Of a stretch of DNA of 64,000 nucleotides, positions 12,353 through 24,736 are shown piece after piece. The stretch covers positions 173,104,001-173,168,000 of the forward strand of contig OZ024743.1 in assembly GCA_964016885.1 (NCBI GenBank). Direction: 5' to 3'. The position numbers were made by a program, and so were the translations under genes. The DNA is from Eledone cirrhosa (Eukaryota). Under the pieces are notes generated by a model that saw only the letters and a list, made by a program, of their open reading frames with translations, searched no databases and was not told the DNA's origin. Every line of letters starts with the position of its first letter. Position 1 is the first letter of the stretch.

Positions 12353-14727
12353 TCAGCTATATACTTTGTGAAAGGTCTTGTGGGATTTATGATTACAAAG
12401 TCCAAATAAATCAGTTCTTCGATTTATTATTGTGTTGAAATTCGAGATAATGGTAAATTTTTCAACTAGACATAAATTACAAACACTAGATATGGAAGCA
12501 TTGGAGTATGGAGATGCGTTGTAGATTTTACGCCAAGAAATTTTGTAATTTATGTTTTTGTCTTTTAAGGACCAAATAAGTTCTGAGAGTGCGGTGCTGG
12601 TCCTTTTAAGTGGAGATTTAAATGTAGAAGAATGATTATAGAATCTTGCTTTAAAGGAGGTAGAAGTAGAGCCAATGTAGGTATAGGTGTTGGTACTAGT
12701 TACCACTTTACATTCGTATACTAGGTTTTTATCGAGACAGAAATTACCAAGAGGACAATTAGGGTAGTTGCATTTACGATTAAGATTATTTACAGAGTTA
12801 TTTGCAAGTGGCCCAGAATTAATTATATTAGGAACTGGAGTGGTGGAATTAACTAAAGGAGGTGCTAAAGTTTCCAGATTTACATTACTATTTGATGCAT
12901 TCCTCAAAGTTACGTTTGACGTCGTATTTATACTTGTGTTATTTTGCCTAGAGTTTACATTGACGTCGGGTCGTATAGTGTTATTATTATGACTCTCATG
13001 GTTGGATGCATATGAGTAATTATTTAATATTTTAGAATTATGTCTTGAGATAATTTTAGAAATGTTGGAAGTAGTAGAATACGAGAATTTAATAGTATGC
13101 CTATTGAAAATCTTGCTATATATATGTGAAGGAGGGAAGCTGTTATGTAATGCGCTAAAAAATAATTTAGGGATATTATTAATAACGGAAAGATCGAAGG
13201 GAGCGTTGTACCAAAGGATATTTTTATATCTAGATCTCCTCCTTTTGTTAGCAGTATGATTATATTACTAGCATTCCTAGAGTTATTATAAGCACTGCCA
13301 AGGTTAAGATCTTTAGTATACCTAATTTTGTCTAGATGTCCAGCCCTAGATAGGGCATTATTATAATAGTTGGCATTAGCTTCGAAGATATCTTTATTAG
13401 AGGATAAATTAGAAATTTTTTTTCTACACTTTTGACTATAGCAGTTTTAACATTATTAGGGTGATTAGTTTTAAAGTTAACGTAATTTAAGTTCTCCTTA
13501 TCCTTATGATATGGGTAATATAGGCCGGTATCTAGATTAAGGGATTTATCAAGGAAATTTGCTAGTTTAACATTATTCGAATTCAATTTTTAAGTTAAGA
13601 TGCTTAAATAGATCAAGTATATTTTTCTTAATTATATTAGAGTTTACATTGTTACAATTACAGACAGTAAAAAGAGCATCATCACGATAAATCCCACCGC
13701 GAAGCTGGGGAATTTTCCGGTTTAAAGAATTCAAGATGAAAATTCCAACTAAGTCGGTCAGTTGAGCTGAATCCGACGAACCCATGGTGATGTCGAAATT
13801 GTTGGAAGTATCCACTCTTGCCCAGTATTCATTGTTAAATTCCAAGATGGTTTTCCTAGCGGTGAGAATGATGTTTATTTCTTCACTAGTGATGTCCGTA
13901 TATTTTAACGCATATGAGAGAGACTTATTTAGGAGTGAAGGAGAAATAGAAGAGTAATAGCTAGCGATGTCTAACTGAATAAATTTCAGTTTGTTTTTAA
14001 TTTTTAGGTCGTTGAACCCAGTCTGTTACTTCAGATGAACCCAACCATAAATTTAGTTGAGATTCATACCTAACCTGTGGGATAATTCTATCCAAGATGG
14101 ATTTACTAATCACCCCTAGGTCAGATTTAGAAGGGGCAATTAGTCTTACAGGCAAGTCCCTTCGAAAATTTCTTTTATGATCCTTCAGACTAATCCTCGG
14201 AGTTCTTGGGAAGAACGGTTCTGTTTTTTTTCTCAATTCCGAGGTTGGTTACTATCTTAAATGATAGAATCCAGATTATCGTGCGTAGTTTTACGATAAT
14301 TTTTTAATTCTTTAAGGATAAGGATAGGTTATTATATTTATCCTTACTTATGCCGTATAAATTAGTAGTTTTGTCAGTATGAACTAAAACGTTTTTAGAA
14401 GAATTAAGGTCATTAATTTTATTCTTATGGTTGATAAGGTGTCCCTGGCCTCGATAAGGGTTTCTTTTGAATTTAAGTCCTCGTATAATTTTAGTTAATT
14501 CGTTTTCAAAATGTGCTAAGTTTTTATGAAAGGGAGGGTTTCTTCTGGAGTTAAATAATGAATCGAGGTTATTAGGTTCCTTTCCATAAAAATGTCCTTT
14601 TAAGCGCTGGTCATGGAAATGAACGATCCATCTGAGCCTCCGCACGAAAGAGTCCGTTTTTTCTATCAAAGGTTTTTCCCGGTATAGGTATGTCCTTAAG
14701 TGAAGTTGTGATGCTGTAGTAATCCAT
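12353..14727 (-). pseudogene. Penelope RT + C-terminal GIY-YIG endonuclease ORF, frameshifted
   Basis: SLKDIPIP, LIEKTDSFVRRLRW, DKTTNLY, LKDHK, FDITMGS, IYRDD, ILWYNAP, IFNRHTIKFSYS, CPLGNFCL..NLVY...YIG, CNLCLVEK, matching Naiad-type signatures as I recall them. Confidence 0.9.
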
Positions 14728-14929
14728 GTTTTAATAGAAGTAGAGACCATCAATAGTATCCGATATAAGAGTTAGCGCTCAAACAATCAAGGAGAAAGTT
14801 AATGTAGGTGAGTAATATTGTAGAACAATAAAACTATGGATAAAATAGATAAGTAGCACTCAACAGTTGGTAGAACTGGACTATATATAATAAAGAAGAA
14901 ATCAAAAGATGGTTAAAAGAGTCCCATAT

Positions 14930-14997
14930 ATTTGATTATGCGCATTCCGAATACAAAATCATCCTGGGATAAAAATTGTGTTCTCATCAGATAAAAC
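14930..14997 (-). ncRNA. Type I hammerhead ribozyme in the 5' pLTR (GAAA mutated to GGAA)
   Basis: GTTTTAT-CTGATGA-GAACACAA...TTGTATTC-GGAA-TGCGCA-TA-ATCAAAT. Confidence 0.75.
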
Positions 14998-16196
14998 AAG
15001 GTAACAGGATACGAGGCATAATAACACTTGTTTACAGGAAAGTGCCAAGTCTACATATGACAGAAATATAAGTGGTAAAACTATAGTAAGAAATAGATAG
15101 GAAAATAGAAGAAAGGAAAGAAGAGGAGAAAGAGGAAAAAGAAAGAGAAAAAAAGAAAGGAAAAAAAGAAGAAAAAAGGAAGAGAGAGATAGAGAGAGAC
15201 CTCTGACGAGGAACGCTGTCCAAAGGAAAACAGCTGTAAATAACGATTAAAAAGTAAATATGTGCGAATATTATAGACGGTATTCAAATGTTAGAGGCCT
15301 AAATATAGAAGCTGGGTATATTATTTTATACTGAAAAATGTAAAAATGTATTAATAAAATAAAATAAATTAAAAAAAAAGGATTTTTATAAAATAAAATA
15401 GAAATAAAATAGTCTATCTATGTCAAAATTTATAATTTCTAGTAAAAATCTATATATGTGGGGTATACTATTTAATTTTTATTTTATATCAACAAGTAAA
15501 TAAAGGAAATTGCTAGAAAGATTTATAAACGTAGAAAAACATATGACGCATAATTTGTTTACAAAATCTACGAAGGTTTGAGCGAAAATCTAAGGCTATA
15601 GAAAAAAAGATCAAAGGCTTAAATATGATGAGAAAACCAAATTAATACATTGTAGAATATAATGAAAGATGTGTAAAGATGACCGTGACTCATGGAATAT
15701 GTTATACGACATCAGCTATATACTTTGTGAAAGGTCTTGTAGGATTTATGATTACAAAGTCCAAATACATCAGTTTTTATTGTTGTGTTGAAATTCCCTT
15801 TTCTCCTCTTCTTTCCTTCTATTTTCCTATCTATTTCTTACTTTTAACACTTATATTTCTGTCATATGTGGACTTGGCACTTTCCTGTAAACAAGTGCTA
15901 TTATGCGTCGTATCCTGTTACATTGTTTTATCAGAATTTTTGTCCCAGGATGATTTTGTATTCGAAATGCGCATAATAAAATATATGGAACTCTTTTAAC
16001 CATCTTTTAATTTCTTTATTATATATACTCCAGTTCTACCAACTGTTGAGTGCTACTTATCTGGTATATGCATGTAAGGATAAATATAATAACCTTATCT
16101 TTAAAGAATTAAGAAAAAATTATCGTATAACTACGCACGATAATCTGGATTCGATCAATAGGGAAGCATTTGAGATAGTAACCAACCTCGGAGATA

Positions 16197-17383
16197 TCAT
16201 TCAGTGGGTCCTTGCTACTTATTGCACCTGAGCATTGTCCACATGTAAAATCTACATTCTTAGATAGCTTACCTGTGATCCCACTACATCTTTTATGTAC
16301 TCATAGTTTGCATTTGGGGCATAGAATGGAATTTCTACCTACTCCTTTCCAACACACTGAGCATGGCCATTTCCCAGAGGGCTCCTGTGCCCTATTTTCC
16401 TTTCTACATACAAGAACTTTAGTCTTAGACAAGTTAACTTTAAGGCCTTTTGATTCTAGGCCATGCTTCCATGTTTGGAATTTCTTCTCTAGTTCAGCCA
16501 TAGATTCAGCTATGAGAGTTAGATCATCTGTATATAGAAGTTCCCATGGGCACCCAGTCTGAAACCCTGTTATAGCCTGTAGGACAATAATAAGCAGGAG
16601 GGGACTAAGGACGGAGCCCTGGTGAACCCCTTCTCTTACGTTAAATTCTTCACTATATTCCTTGTTAATTCTAACCTTGCTGACTGTTCCTCTATACATG
16701 GCTTGTATAGCTCTCACAAGCCACTCATCTACTCCTAGTTTTCTAAGAGCCCACCAGATTAAGGTGTGTGGGACTCTGTCAAAGGCTTTCGCCAAGTCAA
16801 TAAAAGCCAAGTAGAGGGTTTTATTTTTGCTAGGTACTTCTCCTGTTGTTACCATACAAAGAAAAGAGCATCCGTGGTACTTTTACCTGGCACAAACCCA
16901 AACTATATTTCATCTAGATCAATTTGGTCTCTAATCAGTTAAGTAATAACTCTTTCTGTGACTTTCATGGCCTGGTCAACTAACTTAATGCCTCTATAGT
17001 TTCCTCTATCCCGGGCATCTCCTTTGCCCTTGTAACAGTTGACGATGCTGCTGCTGTGCCAGTCATTTGGTATGACCTCATTCTGTATTACTTGGTTTAC
17101 TATCCGGGTGACCATAGTATGTCCCACCATTCCAGATGCTTTCAACATTTCAGCAACTATCCCCAAAGGCCCAGCTGCTTTGCCTGTCTTCATATCTCTG
17201 ATTGCCTTACTTACTATACTACCTTTAACTTGCACAGCTGGTCCTTATGTTGGATCGATGTGGGGCAGACTATCTTTATTCCATTCATTCTCCACATTCA
17301 GTAGTCTCTCGTAGTGACACTTCCAAGCTACCTTCTTATCAGTATTAGTGACGGCAAGATTACCATCGTCATTACAGACACAC
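16197..17383 (-). mobile_element. RTE LINE internal fragment (RT with PHD-like finger)
   Basis: ORFs 16939..17235 and 16301..16855: YKGKGDA..NYRGIKL, FIDLAKAFDRV, GVHQGSVLSP, LYTDD, CSVC..NSILC. Confidence 0.9.
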
Positions 17384-17639
17384 GTACTTAAAACCACACT
17401 GTAAAACCACTGAGTTCTGATTGGATGAAATAACTATGGTGGTGAGTGGGGACGGGTGGGAGGTAAATGGGTGACTTCCGGAAAACCAACATGAGAGAGA
17501 CTGGAAAAACACAAAACAATAGGCAAACATAACAGATTTTCTAACGAGAAAACTTAACTCTAAATAGATGGAGAGTAGGAGCGAATACTGAAAGTTCTAC
17601 ATTACGGAATCCACCACAGTGCAAGGAAACCAGCTAGAA

Positions 17640-17864
17640 TCTACTATATATTTATATATTATAAATGAGAATGTATGTATATGAGTATGTCTCTCAAAGG
17701 CTCAAAACAGCCATCCTTGAGAAAAACAGTTTTCATTTTTGAAATCTGTGTCTCAATGAGAATGTTTTAGGTTTGTTATGTCTTCTGTGGTGGTAGCAGG
17801 GGTGGTTGTGGTGGTGAAGGTGGTAGTAGTAGTCGTAATGGTGGTGGTGGTAGTGGTGGTGGTG

Positions 17865-17932
<68 letters not shown>

Positions 17933-18984
17933 TGTGGTGATAGTAGTGTTGGTGGAGGTGGTGGTGGTGTTGGTAGTAGTAGTAGTAGTAGTAGGAGGCG
18001 GAGGAGATTTTAGACAAACTCTCCCAGTCATTCCAAAAAGCAATAGGATTGATCAAATCCGAGCCTGTTTGAAGAAAATCAACACTTTGGACTGCTATCA
18101 AAGTTTTGAAGCCCACAACAAATATGAGGCATATTTTGGTAGAGATGAACAATCAGAACAGTTCGTCCAGAATCTATTCATGCTTGGGGATGGAAAACTT
18201 CCTGTAGATAGCAAGGGGGCTATTGATATAAGTCCCATAGGCCCGATGGTGGAATCATTATTTCATCTCATAGAAAAAGTGTTCTCTAAACTTGATTATC
18301 AGTTAGCATGTCACAAGTGGTTCAGTGAAATGACTATATTCGCTCCAAAAAATGTAACTCTGAAATAAAGAGCTGTTAAAAAGAATTCCAAAGATTTTGA
18401 AGCTCTATCGATCTGTCAACATTGTGCTGGAACTGTTGGAAGCTGTCAATTACCTGGCAGAGTTCCTCAACTCTTTAAAACTATCAGGAATGCCTTCACA
18501 TGTCTTTCACCTGTTATTGAGGAATTTGGATCCACCAATGCTATGCAAGGCACTCAATTGGTTGTGAAAAATATGTATCCACACGTGATTCAAGCCACCA
18601 TTTTAACAGGATGTGTTCATTTCAAGAATTCTTCTTATCCCCACTGATATCTCGTTTCAATTCAAACTTAGTTTTGCCATGACTATCAACAAATCACAAG
18701 GACAAACATTTTCGGTTGCGGGTTTACATATTGAAGAACCCTGCTTCACCTTTGGTCAGCTTTACGTTGGATGTTCAAGAGTAGGAAGTCAGAAAAATCT
18801 TTACATCTACACATCAGATGGAAAAACAACAAACATTGTTTATACAAACATTATAAATTGACACAATTAATAAAGAAATCCGTCCTCATCAAGGGGAAGA
18901 CATGGTCTGACAAGGAGTAAAAAAAATTGAAATAAACGCATACTATTGTGATTATTGCCCGGCAACGATGGGCTACTCAGCTAG
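17640..18984 (+). mobile_element. Internally deleted Helitron retaining a PIF1-helicase C-terminal fragment
   Basis: A|TC 5' end; GGDFRQTLPV, FAMTINKSQGQT, GQLYVGCSRV; 3' hairpin GCCCG-GCAACGA-TGGGC then CTAG|T. Confidence 0.85.
17785..17995. repeat. (GTG)n/(GTA)n trinucleotide tract
   Basis: Directly visible. Confidence 0.95.
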
Positions 18985-19101
<117 letters not shown>

Positions 19102-19213
19102 TTCCAGTAAAATGTGCTTATCTGTGTGAGCTGGGTTGTCACTTTGGTAAAAACAGGAGTAAGCAGGAGAAAGCTCTCTACACTCGCAGTGTGTAGTTAC
19201 GATGGAGATTCAG

Positions 19214-19463
19214 TATAAGAGTAACATTACGAAAGCGTTTATTCATTATAATTATTTCTATGGCCTCCCGTGTGCTTATCAAGAAGACCAACACGTTTTA
19301 CCTGCATCATATCACATAAACATAAATTCATCTGAATACATCGCACCCATACCAGCAACAAATGCAACTACTGCACCTTGACTGCACACAGGAGGCCATA
19401 GAAGTAATTATAATGAATAAACGCTTTATGTAAACAGCATCTTTCTTAATGTTATTCTTTATA
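19214..19463. mobile_element. MITE-like foldback element
   Basis: Inverted repeats 19232-19275/19384-19427, extended by 19214-19235/19441-19463. Confidence 0.7.
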
Positions 19464-19466
19464 TAA

Positions 19467-19821
19467 CTAGCAGAATGGCTCGGCGTTGCTCGGGATTTGC
19501 TCTAGGGTTCTTATATATTTGATATATATTTATCCTTATCGAGCCTCATGAAATAAATACGTTTGTTTATATTTTTATTGTGTATGCAAAAGTATCTGTA
19601 CACGAATATATAATTATATATATATATATATATATATAACAGTACAGAGAAGTACGGAATACCTCGGCCTCGGGATGGTGTCTACATTTTGTGCTTATAA
19701 AAAAATATTGTTGTACATTACCAGGGGTTTTTTCCGTGCGAAGAAAATCAATACTTTATCGCGAAATAAATACTTTTGTTTATATTTTGTTATTGTGTAT
19801 GCACAACTATCTGTACACGAA

Positions 19822-19894
<73 letters not shown>

Positions 19895-19901
19895 TAATCT
19901 G

Positions 19902-19954
<53 letters not shown>

Positions 19955-20150
19955 TAACAGATTAACTTTTAAGCAAAGAATCGCTGCTTTCACCCTTAAC
20001 GGGATCTTCTGAAACTAAAATAAAAAAAATCAATCCGTGAACGCAGATGTAAATATTTCGAAAAACGTTGCAACCAAAGGAAAACAGGAAGACGATACTT
20101 TGTTTCGTGAAGATGTTCCCTGGCATAAGAATATATATACACACACACAC

Positions 20151-20183
<33 letters not shown>

Positions 20184-20482
20184 TGATCACGTCATAATGA
20201 CGTAATGCAGACTGTCAGGCATACAGACATATATTATAAAGGCGCGACGTCATATCTATCTATCTATCTAAAAAGAGAAAGACTAAGAGAGAGAGATCGC
20301 TAAATCGCATAGTGCGGTTCCTAGGGCATTGGAAATTTGAAATTCTTTTTGCTCAGAACACTCAATAGGACCATAAGTATTACATGTGTAAAGTTTGAAA
20401 ACAATCGGTTAAATGGTTCTCGAGTTTTAGTGATTGTACAGACAGGCAGACAAACAGATATTTTCTGTTTTAGTAATATAGA
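19467..20482 (-). mobile_element. Non-autonomous Helitron (may be composite)
   Basis: Minus strand begins A|TCTATATTACTAAAA...(GTCT)n and ends CCCGAGCAACGCCGAGCC..CTGCTAG|T. Confidence 0.7.
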
Positions 20483-20899
20483 TGGTGGTTGTGGACATAA
20501 TGCAGTGAGGGCATTTCCTTGATTCCTAAAGTAATAATAGTAGTAGTGGTGGTGGTGGTGGTGGTGGTGGTGGTGGCAGCAGCAGTAGTTGTGGTGAAGG
20601 CAGTAGTAGTAATGAGGTCACTATATTCTCTCACACTGATTTCTATAAAAATAGGAAATTCCAATCATATTATGTCAAATTTCACTTCATATTACACACT
20701 CCTCTCTCTCTCTCTCTCTCTCTCTCAATGCATGATAGGTATGGTGGCATAACAAGTATGTAGTAGGTGTGGCTGTTGGCATGGTAGTTTGACATAAGTG
20801 CTGATATTTTCCCTGTTTTAATCTGGAAGGTTTGCTCACACACACACACTCACACACGTGTGTTAGCATGTGCATTTGCATATGTGTGTATATGTGGGA

Positions 20900-21365
20900 A
20901 TGTATAGTCCTTACCACCCTCGTATATGGCTCAGTCATGGGTCACTTAATGCCACCACCTTTGATTCCTAGAGCACTTTCACCAGTACTGCATCCACACA
21001 ATATCCACTAGAGAGATTTTGTCACAAATGTCGAAGTCCTTGAATGGGCAGAGGTCACCAGCATCAAGGCCATGTTGCTGAAGTCCCAACTATGCTGGGC
21101 AGGGCACGTCTCCAGGATTAAGGATTATCACCTGTCCAGTGACAATAATTATGCTGTATCATGAACTCTCCATTGGTTATCGCAACCAGAGATCACCAAA
21201 GAAGTGATACAAGGACTGTTTGAAAAAGTCCCTTGATGCCTCTCTCATCACCCACCATCGATGTGCCTGCCTGTCCTGCATTGGCCTGGATAACCATGAG
21301 CATACCTGCAGACAACGTGGACCACTCACTTCATAATCTTCATTCGCAAAGCCAAGTCATGAAGA
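20900..21365 (+). mobile_element. BovB-like RTE 3' fragment, decayed
   Basis: Remnants LTTLVYGS.SW, EHFHQ.C, QL.WAGHVSR. Confidence 0.65.
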
Positions 21366-21503
21366 AAGAAAAAATATATATATAGCTCCTAACAGTTGAG
21401 CGTTTTATGATGATTGGCGTGTTGTATACGCAATCCCAATTAGTCAACATATTTACCATAAGTATATATATGGTCCTCAGTCCACTTTTATCCATTATAG
21501 TTC

Positions 21504-21788
21504 GCCAAGCCATAACAGAGGAGTTTAAGATTGGCTGCCCATGCTGACGATCTGGTACTTATAGCAGAATCAGTTGAGAAGCTAGAGAATAAATTCTGGC
21601 TGTGGAAACAGCAGTCGGAATGAAGATGACTGAAAAACATGGGCAGAGGTGGTGAGAGCTGACCTCAGATCGCTGAAGCTCACAGAGGAGATGGCAAAGG
21701 ACCGTGACAAATGGAGAGATGCTGTGTTGAAGAGGACCCATCCCACCTTTGAAGCAGGGAAAAGCGGACGTAAAATGATGATGATGAT
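21504..21788 (+). mobile_element. Internally deleted RTE 3' fragment (family of 33540-36637)
   Basis: Matches ~35580-35710, then jumps to ~36472-36630; (GAT)n tail. Confidence 0.8.
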
Positions 21789-22099
21789 GGTATCATCACT
21801 GCCATTTTACGCTTATTTTCCATGCTGGAATGGGTTAGATAGGTTGTCACATTTTGAGATTTGACAGGTCAGTTGACTACACCTTGCTCATATGTTTCCA
21901 TTTTGGCATGGTTTCTATGGTTGAGTACCCTTCCTAATGCCAACGACTTTACAGGATAGACTAGGTGTTATTTATCAAGGCACTAATATTTTACAGAATG
22001 GGCTGGGTGCATTTTATCATGGCACCAGTGATTTGTAAATTACTCCACAGACTGGACATAAGAGAATAATGTTATAAAAAGTGACAGGCATGTTAGATC

Positions 22100-23210
22100 G
22101 AGACTTTGCCTTTGCTCTTAATTCTTTATGATGATTCAGATAGCTTATTTCATAATTTTTTATGGCTTTATAACAAGTTTAATTTCCATCCTCTGCAATT
22201 CAGAGCTGTTATTTCAAATATTTTTGAAGGAAAGTTTGAGCTTGCCATGTACCTCAGCCATGGTCTGCCTATATTTTTCCTTCCATTGTAAAACTGGTTA
22301 TACATGATGACTTTTGGAATTCTATTGTCACTCATTCTGACAACATGACCAATCCATCTTAATTGGAATTGCAAAAGAAAGGATTCAATCTCCCCAATCT
22401 TACATGTATATTTATGTATGTCTCTGTGCTGGAAGAAGGTGTTCATAATAGAGAGTCCATTACTAGAACAGAAGTCTAATAAGGCCTCACTATTCATATT
22501 TAGATTGGGTCGTCATTCCTTCCAGTCACTCCTTTCCATGTCAGATGATCAGTGCCAACATGTGCATTGAAGTCTCCCATCTGAATATATGACTCAGTCA
22601 TAATTACATTTAATGCAGCTGTGACTTCATCAAGGAAGGACCTGTATTCAGACTCCTTGTTTGGTGCATAAACTTACACTACCCACAGAGAACTATCTTG
22701 ATAGATTTGATGCCAAGTGCTGCATAGCTGGAATGAAAATCAGTGTTGCAGAAACTGAGACATTTGTCCTCTCAAGGAAGCCTGTGCAATGCACTCTACA
22801 TGTAAATGGAGTTCCACTAAAGCAGGTGGAGAAGTTCAAGTATCTCGGGACTGTGTTAATGGGTAATGGAAGGTAGGAGGCCGAATTAAGTGCAACAATT
22901 GCAGGAGCTAGTGCAATAATGCACCAGCTTCAGCATTCAGTAATCACAGCTTCGATACTATGGGCATGCATTTAGAATGTCTTGGGGAAAGAGTCACTGG
23001 ACAGATTTTACAAAACCAGCCAGCAGGAGACCCAGGGGTAGACCGTGAACAAGATGGTTTGATAACATCCGTGAGCTTGGCTAGTCTCGGTTGGGAATCC
23101 AGCAGGATCAGTTGGAGATGGTTGCCTCTGAAAGGACCTGCAGGAAGGAGTGTTTGAGGATTCTGCCCCCATGACCCTCTCAAGAATAAGTGGGTGAAGA
23201 AGAGAATAGG
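22100..23210. mobile_element. Cluster of RTE fragments: BovB-like (-), Expander-like APE (-, 22400-22675), Expander-like 3' end (+, 22690-23205)
   Basis: QLRWIGHVVRM; LLDFCSSNGLSIMNTFFQHRDIHKYT matches 61165..61521; LKQVEKFKYLG matches 59521..59919. Confidence 0.75.
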
Positions 23211-23249
23211 TAAATAATTTACCTTCTTTTATTTAAGCTGTATCTACAA

Positions 23250-24735
23250 AGGATCCGAAGACATCATGAATTGTGTTAATCTGGTGGGCATTCAGAAGCT
23301 AGGAATAGAAGAATAGTTTGTGCGAGCAGTATAAGCCATGTACAGGAATATCATCAGTAAAGCGAAAATTAACAATGAGTACAGTGATGAATTTAGCATA
23401 CAGATAAGCATCCCCCAAGGATCAATTCTCAGCCCCCTCCTGTTCATTATAGTCAGTCACGGAAAATTCTGTATGCTGATGACTATCTAGTCCTCATAAT
23501 AGAAACTCTAGAAATAGACCAAAAGTTCCAGACATGGAAACAATCTGGAATCAAGGGGTGTCAAAGAAAACCTAGTAAAGACTAAAGTTTTAGTAAGCAG
23601 GAAAGAGGATAAGATATCATCATGTTTATGGACATGGTCACTATGTAAAAAAAAGAGTGGGTACAAACTCTATACAGTATGGACAGGGACACACAAGAGA
23701 TGTAGCATGATCATGGGTAGGTTAGCAGAGTAGGTAGACTGCATATGTGACAAGTGCACACAGGGCTGGATTTAGACATCGGAGGACCTGGGGTACAAGT
23801 ATATTCTAACAATTTACAGGATGTACTGAGTGCATTTTATCATGGCACTAGTACTAAAGAGGTTGTCACATGCTTGGCCAGACTAAAGTGTTCCCTTAAA
23901 CACTATATTGTCTCCATTCGATTGCCGTATATTGTAGCCTCCGATGTTTCTACACACTTAATTTTAGTGTCTCACTGCTTATACTGGTGGGCATGTCTTT
24001 TGTATTATGGCATATCCTCGATCAGCTCTGTTTTGTGCCATCTTCTTTGTTGGGATCAGTTTCTCGTTGTCATTCTTTACAACTTCGTCCCATGTTTTCC
24101 TTGATCTTCCTCTTCAAGCATTTGGCACTTTTTTTTATACAACTCTCACTCGCCTTTTGTCCATATCAGTGCAATCATAATTCTTACACAGTATATTTAA
24201 CTAAAATTTCCTCTCAGATCATTTGTGCTCTGTTGTTCACATACACTAATATTGCCCAGTGGCAAATTGCCTATATAGTTTTCATTGTCAAAGGGATAAA
24301 ACTAAAAAGCCCCAGCAGAGAGCACAACAAAATTCCTATGGTCCCCAGCTACAGGAGGCCTGGGACAATTGCCCTCATTAAATCTGGCCCTCAGTGCACA
24401 GAAGTAGTCAATAGTAAGAGTACTCACGAAATCAACTCCCCCATATGCCCAGAAGACTCACTAGAAATAGTAGATAACTAGTAAAAGCTATCTTTGGGAC
24501 CTTATGAACAGTGAAGGTGGATATACTGAAAGTGTTGATATCAGAGTGAGAACAAAGTGAAAGAGATTTAAGGAGCTGTTACCTCTGCTGCTAATAAAAG
24601 GCTTCACTCTCAAAGTGAAGGGTGATGCTTGTGTTTGAACTGTGAAGCTGAATGGTCCATGAGTGCAGATCTACAGAGGCTAATAAGAAATGAAGCATGC
24701 ATGCTTTGCTGGATGTGTGATGTTAATTTATATGA
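23250..24735 (+). mobile_element. Highly decayed RTE RT fragment interrupted by a MITE
   Basis: DNA similarity to 24760-25640 (QGSILSPLLFII, LYADD, KFQTWK remnants). Confidence 0.7.
23761..24392. mobile_element. hAT-type MITE
   Basis: TIRs CAGGGCTGGATTTA / TAAATCTGGCCCTC; perfect 8-bp TSD AGTGCACA at 23753-23760 and 24393-24400. Confidence 0.85.
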
Positions 24736-24736
24736 A

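Larger units (their letters stand above)
11358..16195 (-). mobile_element. Penelope-like element (Naiad type) with direct ~1-kb pseudo-LTRs and an inverted partial copy
   Basis: Direct repeats ~11360-12443 and ~14805-15795; inverted copy 15796-16195; 3' end abuts (TA)n. Confidence 0.9.

Noticed and set aside
12353-13380. Selenocysteine (in-frame TGA) recoding, reported for some Naiad elements
   Set aside because: The thumb/linker and GIY-YIG regions translate without in-frame TGA and the cysteines use ordinary codons; the only TGA is the terminal stop.
22400-23205. Twin-priming inversion of an Expander-like RTE
   Set aside because: The two pieces are ~1.5 kb apart in the element and no TSD is visible; independent fragments or later rearrangement are equally likely.
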